64,000 bases of DNA from an uncultured archaeon (lineage in GTDB: Archaea > Thermoplasmatota > Thermoplasmata > Thermoplasmatales > Thermoplasmataceae). The notes beneath the pieces were generated by a model. The model saw only the letters and a list, made by a program, of their open reading frames with translations. It ran no database searches and was not told the DNA's origin. This document shows, piece after piece, positions 59,389-64,000 of the stretch. Every line of letters starts with the position of its first letter. The first letter of the stretch is position 1. Both the position numbers and the translations under genes were made by a program. Location of the stretch: assembly GCA_000965745.1 (NCBI GenBank), contig CP009479.1:1696001-1760000 (forward strand), given 5' to 3'.

Positions 59389-61358
59389 CCGTCATTCCTC
59401 CTGAGATTGATTTCCCCAATCGAGCCGGCTGATGCATTCCAACCCTCGGGAACAAAGGTTGACGAATCGTAATCATCTATTGCGCATGGACCACTTACAA
59501 CTTGATCCGGGGTCAAACCGGGCCTCGCATAGGTCATGAGTGAAATCTTCTCCCCTCTGATCACCGCGTCCCTCGAGGAAACCGGATTGCTTTCTGCAGG
59601 ATCTGCTGACAACCTTGGCTTCTTTCTTTCTATTACTGCAAAAACCCTGATCGTCACGATCTCAACCTCCCTTTCCAGGCTGAACCCGTAAGTCGAGAAA
59701 TGCAGCTTAATGAATGACTCTTCAATGCTCGGCCTCGACGCATCGGATACCACGACAGTCAGTTCAGATCCCTGGCCCCTGTACCTGCAGTCCGCATATC
59801 TGAGGAACCTGCTGCCGGGATGTTTTTCCGCCAGCTCCTGCTCGATATCTTGGAAACCACTTTCAGTATCTTGAGGGAATGGGCGCCTCGACTCATACCT
59901 CCAATCCGAGAACAGGAGGCCAAGCGCACTGAACACGCCGGGTTTTGGCGCTATAACCACTTTGGTTATGCCGAGCTCATCTGCTATTCGGGCGGCATGC
60001 TGTGGCCCAGCACCGCCGAAAGCCATCAATGTAAAATCGGAAGGGTCAAGTCCACGTTCAACAGTTACGATCCTTATTGCCCTCGCCATTTCAAGGTCTG
60101 CAAGGCTGATTGCTGATTCAGCAACTTCATACGGTTCCCCAAGGTCAGACAAACCTGAAATTGCATCCTGAAAGTCTAGTGACATCCGGCCTCCGAGCAG
60201 GCTGCTCCCGATCATCCCAAGCACAAGGTTTGCATCAGTGATTGTCGGTTCAGCACCACCTTTCCCGTAGCATATCGGGCCGGGCTCTGCGCCCGCACTT
60301 ACCGGTCCAATCTTCAATGCGCCTGCCCGATCCTTCCAAATGACAGTACCTCCGCCAGCTGAGACCTCAGCCAGGTCGACAAAGGGAAATCTCACCGGGT
60401 ATCCTGAGCCTTTGGTCATCCTCCCATGGTGTGACTTGCCGCCGACTTCATATTCAGATGTGATGGAAACCTCGCCATTGACCACAGTTCCAGCCTTTGC
60501 TGTGGTGCCTCCCATATCGAAACTTATAACATTGCCGAGCCGCAGGATCCTTGAAACTTCCGATGATGCAATGACTCCTGCAGCGGGGCCGGATTCCACG
60601 ATTTGGACCGGTCTTGAAAAGACCTCGTTGATTGAAACCAGGCCTCCTGAACTTGCCATGACACTTATGCCCGGAGAGCCAAAATCCACAAGCTTCTTTT
60701 CAAGATTCCTGATGTATCTGGAAACAATAGGCATGAGCGCGGCATTGACGACTGCGGTGGATGCCCTCTCATACTCCCTCTGCTCAGGCGATATATGGGA
60801 TGAGGTTGTGACATAGCTGAAATGTCGAGAAAGGACACTGTTAGCTTCCTCCTCATTGGTGTTATTCAGATACGAGTTGATGAATGATACTGCAATCGAA
60901 CCGGGAGGTTCCTTCTTTATCTCATCCGCCAATTTTTCAACATCCTCTGTTCTCAGTTTCTTTACAACTGCACCTTTTGAATCCACCCTCTCATCGATCT
61001 CGAATCTAAGGTTTCTCTGAACTATCTGCTTTGGCTTCTCGAAAAAAAGGTCATAGAGGTTTGGCCTGTTCTGCCTGCCTATTTCAACAACATCCCTGAA
61101 CCCTCTCGTGGAAAGTAAAGCCACCCTGGGAAGCTCAAGCCCATGCTGGCCAAGAAGCGCGTTGGTTGCGATGGTGGTAGCATGTATCAGGTTTTCTAAA
61201 TCTTGGCCGGCGTATTTTCCCAGCCCATTTGCCAATCCAACCTCAGGCTCTTTTGGAGTAGTAGGGACCTTGTAGTAACCTACAATCTCATTATTTTTCT
61301 GCAGGATAATGTCGGTGAATGTTCCGCCTATATCTACTGAGGCGGTAAAGCCTGCCAT
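59379..61358 (-). CDS. Hydantoinase A / 5-oxoprolinase ATP-binding subunit
   Basis: DIGGTFTD, TTIATNA, ESGPAAG, DMGGTT, SAGAEPGP.CYG, FGGAGPQH. Confidence 0.92.
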   Translation of the reverse strand: MAGFTASVDIGGTFTDIILQKNNEIVGYYKVPTTPKEPEVGLANGLGKYAGQDLENLIHATTIATNALLGQHGLELPRVALLSTRGFRDVVEIGRQNRPNLYDLFFEKPKQIVQRNLRFEIDERVDSKGAVVKKLRTEDVEKLADEIKKEPPGSIAVSFINSYLNNTNEEEANSVLSRHFSYVTTSSHISPEQREYERASTAVVNAALMPIVSRYIRNLEKKLVDFGSPGISVMASSGGLVSINEVFSRPVQIVESGPAAGVIASSEVSRILRLGNVISFDMGGTTAKAGTVVNGEVSITSEYEVGGKSHHGRMTKGSGYPVRFPFVDLAEVSAGGGTVIWKDRAGALKIGPVSAGAEPGPICYGKGGAEPTITDANLVLGMIGSSLLGGRMSLDFQDAISGLSDLGEPYEVAESAISLADLEMARAIRIVTVERGLDPSDFTLMAFGGAGPQHAARIADELGITKVVIAPKPGVFSALGLLFSDWRYESRRPFPQDTESGFQDIEQELAEKHPGSRFLRYADCRYRGQGSELTVVVSDASRPSIEESFIKLHFSTYGFSLEREVEIVTIRVFAVIERKKPRLSADPAESNPVSSRDAVIRGEKISLMTYARPGLTPDQVVSGPCAIDDYDSSTFVPEGWNASAGSIGEINLRRNDGWA

Positions 61359-61608
61359 GCCTGGAAAACGATGTTGCACTCTTTAATTTTGTTTTTTAAA
61401 TGGACGGTGGCCGTATTGTATTCGACGAAATGTCGGGGGATTATGGAACAGTCTTACCTGCAAATATATCCTGGTGTTCGTTATTTTGCTGCATCTGCGA
61501 TTTCTGGTTGTTTCTGGAAACGAAAAATTTCGTTCCTTCTTGCCGATATACTAAAGTATAGGTTCAAACGATTACCAATTATAGCCGGAGTGACAGCGGG
61601 TAAGTAGC

Positions 61609-62520
61609 ATGAAGGAAAAAGAAAAGATGGCCAAACCTCAAAAGAAGGACAGGAAACTATTCCGAAGGGTAATACTGATTTCAGTCATTTTTTCTGCGTG
61701 GGTACTTGTAGCTGAACATAGCTCTGCGGTGATATCAAACAGCCCATTCACCAATCTGCACTTACAGTTTATTATTTCTGGAACCCTTAATTTTATTGCA
61801 AATGAACTCAAAGGGGTAATACTCGCCATAGGTTTTGTGATTAATGGCCTTACCACCACGCCTTCCAACCTGACTTATCTTGCCGGACCTATTGATATTC
61901 TGGGAATAATCCCACTGTATTCACTTGTAAAAAGGAAAACAGATTCCAGAGGGGGAGCCTTCTTTGCGTCCCTCTTGTTTCTTTTCTTCGCCGTGCTTAT
62001 TGCACCCAGCTGGTTCAGCCTGCTTTACTTATCACTTTTCCCCACGTTGTTTATGTTTGGATTGGCCCTTTACGTCAAAAAGAGGAAGATTCTCTCATTC
62101 ATTTTCATGTTCCTTGCAATGTTTGTTGTTCCAATAGCATCAGTGGCAGTGTTTGTATTCGCAATCAACGTCTTCTACCATGGATGGGACTCCGGCAGGG
62201 AAAGTTTCTTCAGGAACAGTTACAGCATGGTTCTTGAAGGAGCTTCGGGATTCATATTTGTTGTGTTTATGCTGAAATACTCATACATGTTTTTCCTAAA
62301 CCCCTTTGCTGTCAAATCGGCGGATATGGAATACTTATCATTGTATAACACCCCTCTGAGCAACCCTGTGATTACCTATCCATTTGCAAATGTCATGCCC
62401 ATAGTGCCGGAGTTTTCTAGCATCCCCAGCCTGGAACTGAGTGGCCTTGTGATAGCGGTCATAGCAGGAATGTTTGTATTGGTCAGGATAATTTCGAAGA
62501 AGGTCAGCGAAGGTGAATGA
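61609..62520 (+). CDS. Multi-pass membrane protein (possibly GT-C/DUF2079-like)
   Basis: Many hydrophobic segments; IPLYSLVKRK and LALYVKKRK resemble GT-C fold membrane proteins; beside glycosylation genes. Confidence 0.5.
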   Translation: MKEKEKMAKPQKKDRKLFRRVILISVIFSAWVLVAEHSSAVISNSPFTNLHLQFIISGTLNFIANELKGVILAIGFVINGLTTTPSNLTYLAGPIDILGIIPLYSLVKRKTDSRGGAFFASLLFLFFAVLIAPSWFSLLYLSLFPTLFMFGLALYVKKRKILSFIFMFLAMFVVPIASVAVFVFAINVFYHGWDSGRESFFRNSYSMVLEGASGFIFVVFMLKYSYMFFLNPFAVKSADMEYLSLYNTPLSNPVITYPFANVMPIVPEFSSIPSLELSGLVIAVIAGMFVLVRIISKKVSEGE

Positions 62521-62540
62521 GTCTCTGCAGAGTCATTCAT

Positions 62541-63623
62541 TTATTGTTGCTTCATGATAGAAGGATCAACCTTTCTGTACACTTCCACCGTTGATTCTGC
62601 CATTCTTTCAATGGAATATTGCCGGGAAAATTCTATTAGATTAGATGGTTTATGCAAATTCCCCATGGCTTTCTCGATATCTACCCTTATAGCATCTTCT
62701 TCCAACTTTGTGAAGAAACCTTTATTACCCAAAGTTTCTTTGAAAACCTCCAGATCGTTGACCAAAACATTGGTTCCACAAGCCATAGCTTCAATACTCG
62801 TATATCCGAAACCTTCAGCTTCTGAGAGATGCACAAGTAGGTCAGCAGACGACATGTATTGCCTTAAAACTCCTTGCTCAACGGGACCAACCATTCTGAC
62901 ATTTGACTTATCTTTGATTAAAGATCTTAATTCGTCTCTTCTTGTTCCCCATGCGTTTACAGGACCAACATGAAGGACTTGATATTGCTCATCACCTCCA
63001 ATGGCGCGGAATAGAAGGTCATATCTTTTCCTAGGGTTCAAATCCCCGACTGTAAGGATGTGTTTCTTCCCCTCTTCCCAAAGTGTGCTGTTGGGGTCTC
63101 TGTAGAATGCTTGGTGATCTATAGACTGGTTGACGACATCTATTCTATCTTTGTTTGCGCCTGCTATTTCTACAAGATCCTTTTTTCCGGATTGAGTAAA
63201 AGATATAATGTGCTCGATCCTGTTTATCTTATCAAAAATCATCTTGTTACCGCGTTCTCTGTAGTAGGTGCCTGAAAACATCTCCTTCAATTTGAGGGGT
63301 ATGATGTCATGGACAGTTAATACATTGGTTCTTGGATGTATCACCTCCGGAGATAGTGAATGCACTATATTTCCTGCGGGTCTTTTTATCCTTGTTCCCA
63401 CAACTAGGCTGAGATTCCCCAACATTGGTTTTCCTGCTATGCTATACTCTCTTTTTGTAACTTCAATGGGCTCAATAGCCACCCCTATACTTTCAAGCCC
63501 CTTCAGTAGTCGCTTTGAATATTCCCCAAGGCCTGTACCTGCGGAAGATCCTACTCTTGAAACTGAATAGATAAGGGAAATCAATGCCTTACCATGCATA
63601 AGTAGTAAATTAATTGTAACCAC
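62541..63623 (-). CDS. Glycosyltransferase family 4
   Basis: TVHDIIP, VGDLNPRKRY, SEAEGFGYTSIEAMACG. Confidence 0.9.
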   Translation of the reverse strand: MVTINLLLMHGKALISLIYSVSRVGSSAGTGLGEYSKRLLKGLESIGVAIEPIEVTKREYSIAGKPMLGNLSLVVGTRIKRPAGNIVHSLSPEVIHPRTNVLTVHDIIPLKLKEMFSGTYYRERGNKMIFDKINRIEHIISFTQSGKKDLVEIAGANKDRIDVVNQSIDHQAFYRDPNSTLWEEGKKHILTVGDLNPRKRYDLLFRAIGGDEQYQVLHVGPVNAWGTRRDELRSLIKDKSNVRMVGPVEQGVLRQYMSSADLLVHLSEAEGFGYTSIEAMACGTNVLVNDLEVFKETLGNKGFFTKLEEDAIRVDIEKAMGNLHKPSNLIEFSRQYSIERMAESTVEVYRKVDPSIMKQQ

Positions 63624-63669
63624 AATCAGTTATCACACTGTTTAATAACTTTACAAATATCTGCAACCG

Positions 63670-63999
63670 ATGAAAATACTGGTCACGGGACATAGAGGAT
63701 TCATTGGAGGGCATCTCTACTCAGAATTGAAAAAGCAAGGATACAATCCCGATGGATTTGACCTTAATGATCAACTAGTTGACCAGAAATATGACTACAT
63801 ATTCCATTTTGCTGCCAGAGGCCTCATAAGGAAGTCAATTGAGAAGCCATTTGAATATTTCCTTGATGACCTTGGCCTTACCCTCAGGATTCTTGAAATT
63901 GCAAGAAAACATGGTAGTACACTTATATTTCCGACATCAGGTTCTGTTGCTGAACCGACCAATCCATACTCCCTTTCCAAGAAACAATCTGTAGAATGG
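63670..63999 (+). CDS. NAD-dependent epimerase/dehydratase (truncated by window edge)
   Basis: Read manually: MKILVTGHRGFIGGHL..., FHFAA, PYSLSK (YxxxK). Confidence 0.85.
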   Translation, partial: MKILVTGHRGFIGGHLYSELKKQGYNPDGFDLNDQLVDQKYDYIFHFAARGLIRKSIEKPFEYFLDDLGLTLRILEIARKHGSTLIFPTSGSVAEPTNPYSLSKKQSVEW

Positions 64000-64000
64000 A

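Noticed and set aside
1-64000. CRISPR arrays, IS elements, integrases, tRNA/rRNA genes
   Set aside because: No regularly spaced repeats, transposase/integrase motifs or RNA gene signatures seen; intergenic gaps are short. Covariance searches were not run

Overview
Archaeal DNA, most consistent with a Thermoplasmatales-type acidophile. This is inferred from TATA-led leaderless genes, Asn-X-Ser/Thr-rich surface proteins with 'GLPxGTxWSV' repeats, and C-terminally anchored solute-binding proteins. The centrepiece (~19.1-42.3 kb) is a compact, nearly complete peptidoglycan (murein) degradation and salvage cluster in an organism that should not make murein. Its sugar arm is NagZ, NamZ, AmiE-like amidase, AnmK, a BadF-type GlcNAc/MurNAc kinase, MurQ, NagA and an SIS-type GlcN-6-P deaminase. 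Its peptide arm is a DacB-like S13 peptidase, DppA D-aminopeptidase, a YkfC-like NlpC/P60 peptidase and LysA. It also has a membrane-anchored exported Amidase_6/NlpC-P60-like protein, a DUF218 protein, an M20 peptidase and a complete Dpp/Opp ABC importer. Flanking regions carry a GntR-associated SuyAB-like/UxaA lyase pair with an LhgO-like oxidase, a surface glycoprotein locus, a UvrD-PD-(D/E)XK fusion, three paralogous ~930-aa orphan PKD-SBP5 proteins, many amide hydrolases, a P-type ATPase, hydantoinase/oxoprolinase AB and the start of a glycosylation locus. No RNA genes, CRISPR arrays or mobile elements were recognised. All calls are by motif recognition; no searches were run.
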